Assembly: GCA_963920595.1 (NCBI GenBank)
Contig: OY986946.1
Span: forward strand, 1,550,001 to 1,614,000
Direction of reading: 5' to 3'
Source: Eimeria praecox
Lineage: Eukaryota
DNA: 64,000 nucleotides
Both the position numbers and the translations under genes were made by a program. Shown one piece after another: positions 63,911 to 64,000 of this stretch. The notes under the pieces were generated by a model. It saw only the letters and a list, made by a program, of their open reading frames with translations. It was not told where the DNA came from and made no database searches. The stretch's first letter is position 1; every line of letters begins with the position of its first letter.

Positions 63911-64000
63911 GTGGAAGGGAGACAGAGAACAGCAGCTGCAGCAGCTACTTAATGAGGTCAAAGGTAAGGAGACACATACTATTGCTTCTTCTCTTTATTT

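Overview
Eukaryotic, intron-rich DNA with the hallmarks of a repeat-rich segment of a coccidian (Eimeria-type) genome: pervasive CAG/CTG runs (poly-Ala/Gln/Ser in exons), interstitial (AAACCCT)n arrays, and (TA)n, (GATA)n and (TAGC)n microsatellites. Most ORF-track entries are repeat artefacts. Manual splicing gives a ~24-exon minus-strand TAF2 gene with a C-terminal bromodomain (20394 to beyond position 1), a biotin-protein ligase (50585-48011, minus) and a plus-strand multi-exon probable RAP/FASTK-like protein (55832 onward). It also gives a 1.7k-aa intronless secreted/membrane Ala-Pro protein and several hypothetical proteins. The most notable unexplained structure is (CCCTAAA)n-spacer-(TTTAGGG)n inverted cassettes that bracket intron ends and often have CTAG junctions. 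Others are a dispersed palindrome GGTGT-MYRK-ACACC found even inside exons, tandem acceptor/24-nt micro-exon copies, three apparent frameshifts and a 3.09-kb tandem duplication. The last two may be assembly errors. Family calls are from remembered motifs; no searches were run.
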